From assembly GCA_965116395.1 (NCBI GenBank), contig OZ220684.1:2151447-2215446 (forward strand): a stretch of DNA of 64,000 bases, in the 5' to 3' direction. The notes beneath the pieces were generated by a model that saw nothing but the letters and a program-made list of their open reading frames with translations, did no database searches and was not told where the DNA came from. Numbering within the stretch: the stretch's first letter is position 1; each line of letters starts with the position of its first letter. The stretch comes from Caldilineaceae bacterium. GTDB taxonomy: Bacteria; Chloroflexota; Anaerolineae; Caldilineales; Caldilineaceae. The position numbers and the translations under genes were made by a program. Positions 1 to 8,926 of this stretch are shown piece after piece.

Positions 1-105
1 CGTCGAATACTTCTTGAACGTTGATTTGACTTTCATCTGCGCCCACAAGCCCAGCGCGAGGGCAGGTAGGCTGATGATGAAATAGAGTGGATCGAAGAAA
101 AACAT
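1..105 (-). CDS. YugP-like neutral zinc metallopeptidase, first 35 codons only (gene runs off the left edge)
   Basis: Minus-strand ATG at 103-105 followed by MFFFDPLYFIISLPALALGLWAQMKVKSTFKKYS, the typical N-terminus of the YugP/Zn_peptidase_2 family. Too short to appear in the ORF track. Confidence 0.45.
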   Translation of the reverse strand, partial: MFFFDPLYFIISLPALALGLWAQMKVKSTFKKYST

Positions 106-364
106 AACGCACCTCGTAGAGAGTTTTCAGTTAGCAGACGAATCTCCGGTTAGGGTCGATTCGTTCGTTATCTTGTTAAGAGATCGCCCGAAATCTTCTT
201 CCAAGCCTATATCTTGAGCTTACACGCGCCTGCCGCTGCGTTCCTGACGCACACCTGACAGCGCCCTGTCACCTGACTGAACAGACTGAATCGAAGCTGT
301 ATTATACCATTACGAATCCAGTATAGCTGTGGTTGCTTATTCCTGCGTTAGCGTTGGGTTAGCT

Positions 365-2020
365 CTACGTTTGCGCGCTGCGGCGGGCCAACGCCGCCAG
401 TTGCCGGATCTCGGCGCCGCCCAGAAGATAGCTGGCAAACGCATAGACGAGAACACCAAGCCCGGCCCCGGCAACCGCCGCCGCCCAACCCGCTGGAATC
501 CCGAAGACTGCGCTGCCGTCAGGCAGAACCGCCAGCAAGATAAGGATGGCGCCTGCCATGACAGCGGACGCCAGCAGCGAGCGACCACCGCTCGTCAGCA
601 GTTGGCGCACGGGCAGGCCCTGCATGGCTGTTACCTGCCCTTCCTCTCTATTATATGAACGCACCTTACGCCCCAGCAGAATCAGCAGAACGACCATCTC
701 CAGCGCGGTGGCGATGCTGTTGGCCAGCGCCAGACCGCCATAGCTCAAGCGCCCTATCAGAGCCAGGCTGAGGAGAATGTTGAGCGCCATTGTCGCGACG
801 CCGACGACCACCGGCGTCGCTGTGTCGTGGAGCGCGTAAAAGACCCGCACCACGATCTCGACCACGGCATGGGCCACCAGCCCGAGGGCAAAGAAGCGCA
901 GCGCGTAGGCGACGGCCTGTGTGCTGGCAGCATTGAACTGCCCCCGCTGGAAGAGAATCTCGATGAACGGCTCGTCCAGCACATAAAGCAGGAACGCAGC
1001 CGGTATCGACAGAAAGAGAATCAGCCGCAGCAGGCCGGTGAGCGTCTCCAGCATTTGTGCACGATTACCGGCAGCCACCTGCGCCGAGAAGGTGGGGAAG
1101 GCAACTGTCGCCACGGCCTGGGCAAAGATCCCTTGCGGCAGCAACATCAGCAGCCAGGCATAGTTGAGGGCGCTGAGGCTGCCGTCCGGCAGACCGCTGG
1201 CCAGGATCGTGTTGACCAGAAAGTTGAGCTGTACAAAGAGCAGCCCCAGCACACGCGGCCCCATCAACCGCGCCACCTCCCGCACCTTCGCATCGCCGGC
1301 GTCAAAGCTGAGGCGGTAGCGCACGTTCTGCCGCATCAGAGCCGGCAGTTGCACAAGCAGGTGCAGCACGGCGCCGCCGGCCACACCGAGTACAAGGCCG
1401 TGAATGCCCACCACCGGCGCAAGCAGCCAGGCGCCGGCGATAATGGCGCAGTTGTAAAGCACCGGCGCGACAGCCGGCAGCAGGAAATGCTGCACCGCGT
1501 TGAGCGCGCCCATAATCAGGCCGCTGGCACCGAAGACGACCGTACTTGCCAGCATCCAGCGCATCAGCGAGGCGGCCAACTGCTGCTGTTCGACGGAGAA
1601 GCCCGGCGCGATCACGCCGGCGACGAGCGGTTCGGCAAACAACATCGCCAGCCCGCACAGCAGGATGAGGAACAGGGTCAACAGATTCAGAACGCGGCTG
1701 AACAGAAGCCATGCCTGTTGCTGGCTGTCCTCTGTCCAGGCGGCGGCAAAGGTGGGGATGAAGGCGCTGCCCAGCGCGCCGCCCGCAACCAGCTGAAAGA
1801 GCAGGTCGGGAATGCGAAAAGCGGCCAGATAGGCATCCAGATCGGCGGAAGTGCCGAAACGGGCGCCGATAATCATCTCCCGCAGCAGCCCTGTTCCCCG
1901 GCTGAGGATAAACAGAAGAATGACCAGCGTCGCGGCGCTGGCGATCCCTTTGCTGTCCAGCGCCCGCACACCGCCCTCGCCGCTCTGGGCCTGCGAACTG
2001 CGACTATCCGGTTTCGTCAT
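365..2020 (-). CDS. murJ: lipid II flippase MurJ (MviN family)
   Basis: 551-aa polytopic membrane ORF. LSRGTGLLREMIIGARFGTSADLDAYLAAFRIPDLLFQLVAGGALGSAFIPTF matches the conserved MurJ/MviN N-terminal signature. Confidence 0.85.
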   Translation of the reverse strand: MTKPDSRSSQAQSGEGGVRALDSKGIASAATLVILLFILSRGTGLLREMIIGARFGTSADLDAYLAAFRIPDLLFQLVAGGALGSAFIPTFAAAWTEDSQQQAWLLFSRVLNLLTLFLILLCGLAMLFAEPLVAGVIAPGFSVEQQQLAASLMRWMLASTVVFGASGLIMGALNAVQHFLLPAVAPVLYNCAIIAGAWLLAPVVGIHGLVLGVAGGAVLHLLVQLPALMRQNVRYRLSFDAGDAKVREVARLMGPRVLGLLFVQLNFLVNTILASGLPDGSLSALNYAWLLMLLPQGIFAQAVATVAFPTFSAQVAAGNRAQMLETLTGLLRLILFLSIPAAFLLYVLDEPFIEILFQRGQFNAASTQAVAYALRFFALGLVAHAVVEIVVRVFYALHDTATPVVVGVATMALNILLSLALIGRLSYGGLALANSIATALEMVVLLILLGRKVRSYNREEGQVTAMQGLPVRQLLTSGGRSLLASAVMAGAILILLAVLPDGSAVFGIPAGWAAAVAGAGLGVLVYAFASYLLGGAEIRQLAALARRSAQT

Positions 2021-2185
2021 AACGGTGAATGATGATGCTCGTGAACGCCTGCCATTTTTTGCCCTGCAGGTACGGTTCTGTACAATATGCCATCTTCTCA
2101 GTACAATTTTCAGTAGTCAACTTTCGGTCGCTGCGCAAGCGCTCACGAAAGGCCCTGAACCGGAAGCTTCCAAGGCAAAAATTCC

Positions 2186-2947
2186 ATGCCCTCCGCCTAT
2201 CTATCCGTTAACGCCTGGCGCGAAATCTTCGCCCGCGTATTCAATGACTCCGACCTGCAGTCCAACATCAGCCCCGACTGGTTGATCAACCCTGCTACCC
2301 GCCGCCGTCTCAAACTGGACTATCTGTGCCAGTCTATCGGTGTCGCCGTGCGCTTCTCCGGCCTGACGGGCCAAGGACGACGCCGCCGCGGCGATTGGGA
2401 ACTGCTGGAGGAAGAACAGCGCGACCAGACACGCGATGAACTGTGCCGGCTCCACGGCATTCAACTGGCTGTGATCAACCCGTTTGACGATCCAGTCAAG
2501 CAGATGGACCGCTTCTTGACGGTGTTGAGCCGCGCCAACCGTCTGACAGCCCTGGATGGCCGTAACAACCAGGAGAAAAGCGTCTCCATGGATGCGCTGG
2601 CCGCGGCCGTGCAAAGCGCCAATCAGTTGCGCTTCACCCTTTCCAGGAATCCGGAGCAGACGGTTGGAACTCTGGCAGAAGCCTGGCGGGACCGGGAAGC
2701 GAACATTGCTACAACGTTGCAGGAGGCGGCCGCCGTCAAGACACCGCAGCCGACCCAATCGCAACAGCGCACGCTGGCCCAGCTCGCTTGTGGGCAGCGC
2801 ATCGTCCACAAGCACTTCGGTGACGGTGTAATTACGGAAATGATCGGGGAGGGCGTTGAAAGACGGATCAAAATCCTCTTCGATGGCGACCAGGAGCGCA
2901 CCTTTCTCGCTTCGCTGCTGGCCGACAAGCTGGAAGCGGTCCCCTGA
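2186..2947 (+). CDS. hypothetical protein: degenerate PD-(D/E)xK-like N-terminal module plus C-terminal HFGxGxV small-barrel motif
   Basis: 253-aa ATG ORF. KLDYLCQSIGVAVRFSG...EEQRDQTRDELCRLHGIQLAVI follows the ELD...FEYQG...QxRDxxK...GIxLIxI layout of a nuclease-fold family, but with R and T at the E and K positions. The C-terminus GQRIVHKHFGDGVITEM...ILFDG resembles the PcrA/UvrD C-terminal tudor-like motif. Confidence 0.5.
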   Translation: MPSAYLSVNAWREIFARVFNDSDLQSNISPDWLINPATRRRLKLDYLCQSIGVAVRFSGLTGQGRRRRGDWELLEEEQRDQTRDELCRLHGIQLAVINPFDDPVKQMDRFLTVLSRANRLTALDGRNNQEKSVSMDALAAAVQSANQLRFTLSRNPEQTVGTLAEAWRDREANIATTLQEAAAVKTPQPTQSQQRTLAQLACGQRIVHKHFGDGVITEMIGEGVERRIKILFDGDQERTFLASLLADKLEAVP

Positions 2948-3030
2948 CAGCGAAAAGATACGCACAGAAATACGCTCTCTAGCTCCGCAAAGTTCAGTCC
3001 TTCCTCGGCGCAGCGGCCCTCCCAACAGTA

Positions 3031-3063
3031 CAAAAACACCCTTACCGAAAATGCAAGGGTGTT
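3031..3063 (-). terminator. candidate intrinsic terminator downstream of the fmdB-like gene
   Basis: 9-bp inverted repeat AACACCCTT (3035-3043) / AAGGGTGTT (3055-3063). On the minus strand the hairpin is followed by TTTTTG. Confidence 0.4.
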
Positions 3064-3194
3064 GTGATAAACAGGAGTGGCTCTTTGCGCTGCCGCTCCG
3101 TTGTATGCGCGCGATATGATTTCAGTTGCACGGCCGCGCCGGCAAGTGGACCTGTCTTCTCACCCGCGGCAACCGCGAGCATAACGGGCAGAAA

Positions 3195-3542
3195 CTACCC
3201 TTTTTCTGTTGCGCCGCTCTTTTCGCTCTTTGCGCTGCTCTTCGCTTCCGCTTTGGTTTCGCTCTTGGACTCGCCCTTCGGTTCACTCTCTTCGGACTTG
3301 TCCGGCGCAGAGCCATTACTCTCTGTCTTCTGTGCCGCGGTCTTCTTCTTCTTTTCATCTTCCTTCTTGCTATCGGTGATGTACCATCCACTGCCCTTGA
3401 AGTGAATGGCCGGCTGGCTCAGAAGCCGGGTGACATCGACCGAACTACAGGCCGGGCAAGCGGGAAGATCGGTGCTGGAAAATGACACGATGCGTTCGTA
3501 TTGATTCCCGCACTCTTTGCAGGCAATTTCATAAATAGGCAT
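3195..3542 (-). CDS. FmdB-family zinc-ribbon protein with Lys/Glu/Ser-rich tail
   Basis: MPIYEIACKECGNQYERIV...LPACPACSS is the CxxC...CxxC FmdB/CxxC_CxxC_SSSS motif. The rest is a low-complexity tail. Confidence 0.8.
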   Translation of the reverse strand: MPIYEIACKECGNQYERIVSFSSTDLPACPACSSVDVTRLLSQPAIHFKGSGWYITDSKKEDEKKKKTAAQKTESNGSAPDKSEESEPKGESKSETKAEAKSSAKSEKSGATEKG

Positions 3543-3825
3543 CGAACAGTCTCATCCTTGTCATAGATTTCTTTTGTCAAATCCGAGGACACAACTATAC
3601 TACTCGAAGTCCTCTCATGTCCGGCTGTTTTGTATCCTGTACGAAAAAGGGCACACCCGGCAAGTATACCTTTTTGTGAAACCGTTGTCGAATCCGAATA
3701 GCGAATTTGACTTAGGTCTTTGGAAGGACAGTGTCTGCCTTCGCCGGCGCAGTACTCGAATCCGTAACACGCAGCCATCTCGCCCAGACACCGACTTGAA
3801 AAACGGTTAAACCCACGCCCTGCCG

Positions 3826-4338
3826 ATGTCTTTCGATTTTGTTCGCGACGCAATCGAAGACGGATGTTACGAACCGGAAGGTGTCTACCTGACGGCGCCA
3901 TTTGAAGGTCAGCGCCGTGTCGTTCAGGAGTGGGGCGCCCGCCCGGAATACTACCGCCGCTATGTCGTCGGCGCCAAAGCGCTCCTCGGCCACAATGGCG
4001 TCGACTTTGACTTGGCGCCCAACGACAGTATCATCGCCGCCGACAGCGGCATCATCACCACAATCGGCAATGATCGCGAACGATATGGCCGCTTCATCTG
4101 CGTCTCCCATCCATGGGGCGAGTCTCTCTATACCCGTTTCCAAGAGTTCGTCGTCGATGCGGGGCAACGTGTGAAGCGCGGCGAACTGCTCGGCTATTTC
4201 AATAAAGTGCCTCAACCAGGGCAACATTTTCATTTTGGCATTCGCATTGTCCCGTATGTTATTGTTGACGGCTGGGGCGGTTATTCGAATCCGCTGCCAC
4301 ATTTTCCACCAACATCTATTCTGCTTGATTCTGGTTGA
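3826..4338 (+). CDS. M23-family metallopeptidase
   Basis: HNGVD (HxxxD) and HFHFGI (HxH) motifs with the spacing typical of LytM/M23 domains. Confidence 0.75.
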   Translation: MSFDFVRDAIEDGCYEPEGVYLTAPFEGQRRVVQEWGARPEYYRRYVVGAKALLGHNGVDFDLAPNDSIIAADSGIITTIGNDRERYGRFICVSHPWGESLYTRFQEFVVDAGQRVKRGELLGYFNKVPQPGQHFHFGIRIVPYVIVDGWGGYSNPLPHFPPTSILLDSG

Positions 4339-4790
4339 CGTATTTTATCGATAAAGTTTTCCCTTAATGATTTGATTGTTAATTTAGTATGACTTCGTAG
4401 GGACTGGGGAAATGGGGATACATATATTCGGCCAACTATATCTGGTGGCATGACGGAAATGTGTCTATATGTAGTGGTGAGATCGCCCGAGGAGCGTGAC
4501 TCCAATGGGGATATTTCAGAGGGGAGCGCAGGAAAGATCAGGACAGGAAAATCCGCCGAACAAATGCTCGACACAAGATACAGTGATCCTTCCAAAGTTG
4601 TGCCCAGTTGAGCATAACTCGCAGGGAATGGGGATAAAAAACTGTCGGGGTTATGAACACATCTTATCCACTTTTTTGAGACTTATCCCCGGTTTTATCC
4701 CCATTTTTGTCACTTTTCCCCATATGTGGACTATTTGCCCACAGCCGTCGTTTGCCCACAGCCCTCTTTTTCCTTCGCTGCATCCGGTGT
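4339..4790. promoter_or_regulatory. cluster of DnaA-box-like 9-mers next to an AT-rich tract (candidate oriC or DnaA-titrating/regulated region)
   Basis: AT-rich 4339-4400. Reverse-oriented boxes (TGTGGATAA-like): TGGGGATAC 4413-4421, TGGGGATAT 4506-4514, TGGGGATAA 4629-4637, TGTGGACTA 4725-4733. Forward-oriented boxes (TTATCCACA-like): TTATCCACT 4664-4672, TTATCCCCG 4683-4691, TTATCCCCA 4695-4703, TTTTCCCCA 4714-4722, TTGCCCACA 4735-4743 and 4752-4760. Confidence 0.3.
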
Positions 4791-4848
4791 CAGCGAAGAG
4801 ATCGCAGACGCACCGTCGGGGCCCTGCTAGCGTGAGGTTGATATCGTT

Positions 4849-7113
4849 GTGGTGACTTTTACCCAAGGACGCAAACCCGCGGAGGATCTGTTTGCAGCTG
4901 CGCGCGCCGAGCGCATCGATGCCAACGCGCCCCTGGCCGCGCGCATGCGCCCCCGCACCCTCGATGAGTTTATCGGCCAGGAAGCGATTATCGGCCCGGG
5001 CCGGCTCCTGCGGCGGGCGATTCAGGCGGACCGGCTCAGCAGCCTGATCTTCTATGGTCCGCCCGGCACCGGCAAGACGACTCTCGCCCAGGTGATTGCC
5101 AACACCACGGCCGCTCACTTTACCGCGCTCAACGCTGTACTGGCCGGCGTCAAAAACATCCGGGAGACGGTGGCCGAGGCCCAGGAACGCTGGGCGCTTC
5201 ATGATCAAGGGACAATTCTCTTTGTTGACGAAGTGCATCGCTTCAACAAGGCCCAACAGGATGCCCTCCTCCCTTGGGTCGAAAACGGCACCGTGACATT
5301 CATCGGCGCTACCACCGAAAACCCCTATTTTGAAGTCATCAAGGCCCTGGTCAGTCGCAGCCGTATCTTTCAGCTGAAAACTCTGACCGAAGAGCATCTG
5401 CGCCAGATTATTCAGACGGCCCTCAACACGCCCCAGCGCGGCTACGGTGGCCGCCGCGTTGAGATAGAGAGCGAGGCAACCGATCATCTGGTCTCGATCG
5501 CCAATGGCGATGCCCGCGCCTTGCTCAACGCGCTGGAGCTGGCAGTCGAAACCACCGACGCCGACCCGTCCGGTGTCGTCCGCATCACACTCGCCATCGC
5601 CGAGGAGTCGATTCAGCGTCGCGCCGTGCTGTATGACAAAGAGGGCGACTACCACTTCGATACGATCAGCGCCTTCATCAAGAGTCTGCGCGGCAGCGAC
5701 CCGGACGCGGCGCTGTATTGGCTGGCGAAGATGATCTACGCCGGCGAGGAGCCGCGCTATATCTTTCGGCGCATGTTGATCCTGGCGAGCGAGGATGTGG
5801 GCATGGCCGATCCCCAAGCCGTCCAGGTGGTCAACGCCTGCGCCGAAGCCTTTGACCGCGTTGGTCTGCCGGAAGGAAACTTTCCCCTGGCGCAGGCCGC
5901 GCTCTATCTGGCGACCGCAGAAAAGTCCAATTCGATCCTGGCATTTTTCGACGCACTCGACGCCGTGCGCAATGAACCGGATTCTGATGTTCCCAATCAT
6001 CTGCGCGACGGCAACCGCGACAGCGAGGGGTTTGGGCACGGGGCCGGATATCTCTATCCGCACGCGTACCGCGACCATTGGGTGGCGCAGCAGTATCTCC
6101 CCGGCGCGCTGCAGGGCAAGGTGTTTTACGAGCCGACGGGACAGGGGTATGAGGCCAGGATCAGCGTCGCCGTCACCCAGCATCGCGAGGCCCAGCTGGC
6201 CGCCACGCTGGAGGGCTTTGGCGCGCCGCCGGAAATTCTGACATTCGCACCCGGGGAGTCCGCCCGCGATCGCTGGCTTCAGCGCACGATTGCCCAATCC
6301 GGCGAAGCGACTGCCGCGCTGCGGGACCGCATTCTGGCTGCCGGCCCCCTTGAACGCCACAGTGTTGTGCTCGATGTGAACGCCGGCAGCGGCCTGCTGA
6401 CATGGGAGGCGCTGCGCCGCGCGCCCGAAGGCGGTGTTTACGCGCTGGCCTTCAACGAGGCCGACCGCCGTGCGCTGCAGGAGCAGGCGCAAAACCTGGA
6501 CGAAGTCGATCGGCCGATTGTGCTGCACGGGGGGATTGAAGAGCAGGCGCAGCAACTCGATGCTGAAGAAGTCCGATTTGACGCGATCGTAGGACGCAAT
6601 GCTCTGCTCGCCTCCGCCGAAAAAGAGGCTTCCCTGGCGCATCTGGCCAAAATCCTGGCTGCCAACGGTTGGCTTGCCCTGGCCGAGACAATACCCAGAC
6701 ACACGCAGAGAATATACGCCTTGGGGGATCGCTCTCTCCTCCAACCGGAGTTGGCCGAGCGGCTGATCGCGGCCGAAGAGTCAATCTACACCGATGCCGC
6801 CGACGGGCTGGTCAACTGGGACGACGAAACCTTGCAGGCCGCCCTCACCGCCGCCTTCCCCGCAGAAAAGCAGGCCGGGCGGGTCTCGATCGAGCGGATC
6901 GACACCGACACCGATCTGCGCATTACCGATGCACACATCCGGCGTTGGTTCGGCCCGGCCCTTGGCAAGCGCAAATCCTACGCCGAGCGGCTGGCCGAAG
7001 AGATGCAGCCTTCTGAGGTGGCACAGATCGAAGGTTGGATCAGGGGGCAGCTATTGAACCAGACCGTAGCTTGGCGACGCCGCACAGTGTTGATACGGGT
7101 GGCGGGGCGGTAG
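4849..7113 (+). CDS. rarA: replication-associated recombination protein A (RarA/MgsA AAA+ ATPase) fused to a C-terminal class I SAM-methyltransferase-like domain
   Basis: GTG start. [12 protein letters not shown], Walker [10 protein letters not shown] and Walker [13 protein letters not shown]. The MgsA C-terminal region runs through [18 protein letters not shown]...[10 protein letters not shown]. About 310 further residues follow, with [11 protein letters not shown] (motif I), [10 protein letters not shown] and ANGWLALAE. Confidence 0.85.
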   Translation: MVTFTQGRKPAEDLFAAARAERIDANAPLAARMRPRTLDEFIGQEAIIGPGRLLRRAIQADRLSSLIFYGPPGTGKTTLAQVIANTTAAHFTALNAVLAGVKNIRETVAEAQERWALHDQGTILFVDEVHRFNKAQQDALLPWVENGTVTFIGATTENPYFEVIKALVSRSRIFQLKTLTEEHLRQIIQTALNTPQRGYGGRRVEIESEATDHLVSIANGDARALLNALELAVETTDADPSGVVRITLAIAEESIQRRAVLYDKEGDYHFDTISAFIKSLRGSDPDAALYWLAKMIYAGEEPRYIFRRMLILASEDVGMADPQAVQVVNACAEAFDRVGLPEGNFPLAQAALYLATAEKSNSILAFFDALDAVRNEPDSDVPNHLRDGNRDSEGFGHGAGYLYPHAYRDHWVAQQYLPGALQGKVFYEPTGQGYEARISVAVTQHREAQLAATLEGFGAPPEILTFAPGESARDRWLQRTIAQSGEATAALRDRILAAGPLERHSVVLDVNAGSGLLTWEALRRAPEGGVYALAFNEADRRALQEQAQNLDEVDRPIVLHGGIEEQAQQLDAEEVRFDAIVGRNALLASAEKEASLAHLAKILAANGWLALAETIPRHTQRIYALGDRSLLQPELAERLIAAEESIYTDAADGLVNWDDETLQAALTAAFPAEKQAGRVSIERIDTDTDLRITDAHIRRWFGPALGKRKSYAERLAEEMQPSEVAQIEGWIRGQLLNQTVAWRRRTVLIRVAGR

Positions 7114-7131
7114 GGGTTTAGGGGGAGGATG

Positions 7132-7652
7132 TTACGACCGCCCTCTCCAACCGGTGCGGAAGTCGAGCTCCTGGATTAGTGCGAAAGTGTTAATGCAGTG
7201 CACGCTGAAGTCATCGCAGACGTCCGGCAACTTGCGGTTGGCCCGGCGTCGCTTTGGACTGGAATGTTCGGTGGTTACTACAGATCGATTTTCTATATCA
7301 ACGAGAGCATAGGCGACCAGGAACGGGTCGCGTCCTATTTTATTAATTCTTCATCGGTTAAGTCGCTGGCGTACCCGTGTTCTAGAACGCGGGTAACCAG
7401 TTCCACGACAGCCTCTTCATAAAGCACGAGCGTACTCTTGTTCGTCTCTATCCACTCAACTAATGGATCGGGGCGATCCTTTGGGGGTGGGGGAAGGATA
7501 ACCTCTTCATAGAACTCTTGAGGAATCTTAATCCGTCCGAGGCTACCCATCTCCAACAGCCAGTCCCAGAATTCCGGGACTCTCTCGATGGGGTAGTAGT
7601 CTCGATTCGCGTCAATGAGGACACAGGCGTCGCGAAGGTAAAGCACAGACAT
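7132..7652 (-). pseudogene. DUF4411 (PIN-like) gene split by a 1-nt frameshift in an A-run
   Basis: The 105-aa ORF ends ...DLTDEELIK then TAG. The -1 frame continues IGRDPFLVAYALVDIENRSVVTTEHSSPKRRRANRKLPDVCDDFSVHCINTFALIQELDF..., which is the conserved DUF4411 C-terminal half, up to TAA at 7132-7134. The shift lies in AAAA (plus-strand TTTT 7338-7341). Confidence 0.7.
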
Positions 7653-7655
7653 CGA

Positions 7656-8849
7656 CTATCGCGTACTACCTGTATCCAACAACGGCTGTACCTGTCTGGG
7701 CTTGACCCCCAGGATCTGCGCCGCCTTGGACGTTGACAGAGCGTCTGCTGCCATCATACGCTTTATCAGCTCAACGATTCGACTGCCTAGTCGATGGCGG
7801 CGCACCCTATAGTAGTTGGGTCCGCCGTCCTGCTCGCGTGCTTGCTCACGAATTGTCTCCCGATCTCGCTGCCATTCTTCACGATATGAAGCTTTCAGTT
7901 GGTTATGGGTTTCCCAGGTGATCAGGCCGGATCGATATGCCTTGTAGGCAACCATGGCGCGACTCACCTTGAACTCGTTCGCAAACGCGCTGATTCGCTC
8001 CGTGATGGCACCGATTGCGCCATTATCGTCGAGAGCGAGCCGTTCCAGTTCCCGTGCAGGCAGCAGGAACTCCCCGGCGACATCGTTGCAGAACCGCTCT
8101 ACCTCGTTCTCCGCACTGTCTCCGCTGATCCCGGTATGACCGAGCAGCAGATGCACCATTTCGTGCAATAGAGTGAACGACCAAGCCGGCCTGGCGTCAC
8201 GGTCGTTGATCACAATAAAGGGGGCCACTTCGTCGGCGATAGAGAATCCTCGAAAGACCGTCGTATCAAGCGCGGTTGCGTAATTGCCTAAATCCCCTTT
8301 GAGCAGGACAAAAATACCCGCCTGCTCGGTATTTCTGCGCAACAAGTCAAAGGCAGCCGACGCGCTTGGCTGGGCGCGATAGGCCGTCGCATTGAGTCCC
8401 AGCAGCGCCTGCAACGACTCCAAGAGCACTGCGCGGCCATCCTCTATGCGGTGAGAGCCGACGAAAGGCAACGGCTCTGCTTCATCTTCATCCTCCATGA
8501 TGACGCGCACCATGCTCTGGCGCGCTCTGATCTCCCGGATCAACGCGTCTAACAGCGCTTCTTCAGAGCTACGTTCATTTTGAGGCAGGGTGCGGAAGTC
8601 TACCCCTCGGTTGCTTTTCTGCGGCGGCTTGGAGAGATAGAAGGTGAGCAGGGGTCGGCGGTACTGGCCCGCCATCTTTGTCAATTGGGGCCGCGACGGC
8701 TCTTTCCGACCGTGTTCAATTAGGGCCAGTTTCTCTACCGCGGACGATCTGGAACTGTCTTGAAAGCCCAGCTTCTTGGCCGCTTCCTCCTGGGTAAGAC
8801 CGGCCGTCTCGCGGGCCCAGACCATAATCGCCGGGTTGACCTTGGGCAT
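7656..8849 (-). CDS. XRE-family HTH fused to ImmA/IrrE (COG2856) zinc metallopeptidase
   Basis: N-terminal HTH (WARETAGLTQEEAAKKLGF) and the HExxH motif HEMVHLLLGH. The stop is 3 nt upstream of the DUF4411 start. Confidence 0.8.
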   Translation of the reverse strand: MPKVNPAIMVWARETAGLTQEEAAKKLGFQDSSRSSAVEKLALIEHGRKEPSRPQLTKMAGQYRRPLLTFYLSKPPQKSNRGVDFRTLPQNERSSEEALLDALIREIRARQSMVRVIMEDEDEAEPLPFVGSHRIEDGRAVLLESLQALLGLNATAYRAQPSASAAFDLLRRNTEQAGIFVLLKGDLGNYATALDTTVFRGFSIADEVAPFIVINDRDARPAWSFTLLHEMVHLLLGHTGISGDSAENEVERFCNDVAGEFLLPARELERLALDDNGAIGAITERISAFANEFKVSRAMVAYKAYRSGLITWETHNQLKASYREEWQRDRETIREQAREQDGGPNYYRVRRHRLGSRIVELIKRMMAADALSTSKAAQILGVKPRQVQPLLDTGSTR

Positions 8850-8926
8850 CGTTCTGCGACCCTTTCTTCTACCACCGTTGTGTAGTCAGCTCCGGTTGCC
8901 ACGCACCGCCCACCCAAACCATGAAA

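Noticed and set aside
4280-4300. tRNA-like T-arm strings (TTCGAATCC at about 4290 and about 23205)
   Set aside because: Both lie inside well-supported coding sequences, and neither has a flanking acceptor or anticodon stem arrangement.
4651-6744. 697-aa minus-strand ORF opposite rarA
   Set aside because: It is an antisense shadow of a gene with clear AAA+ motifs. The translation is Arg/Gly/Ala-rich with no recognisable motif, as expected for high-GC antisense frames.
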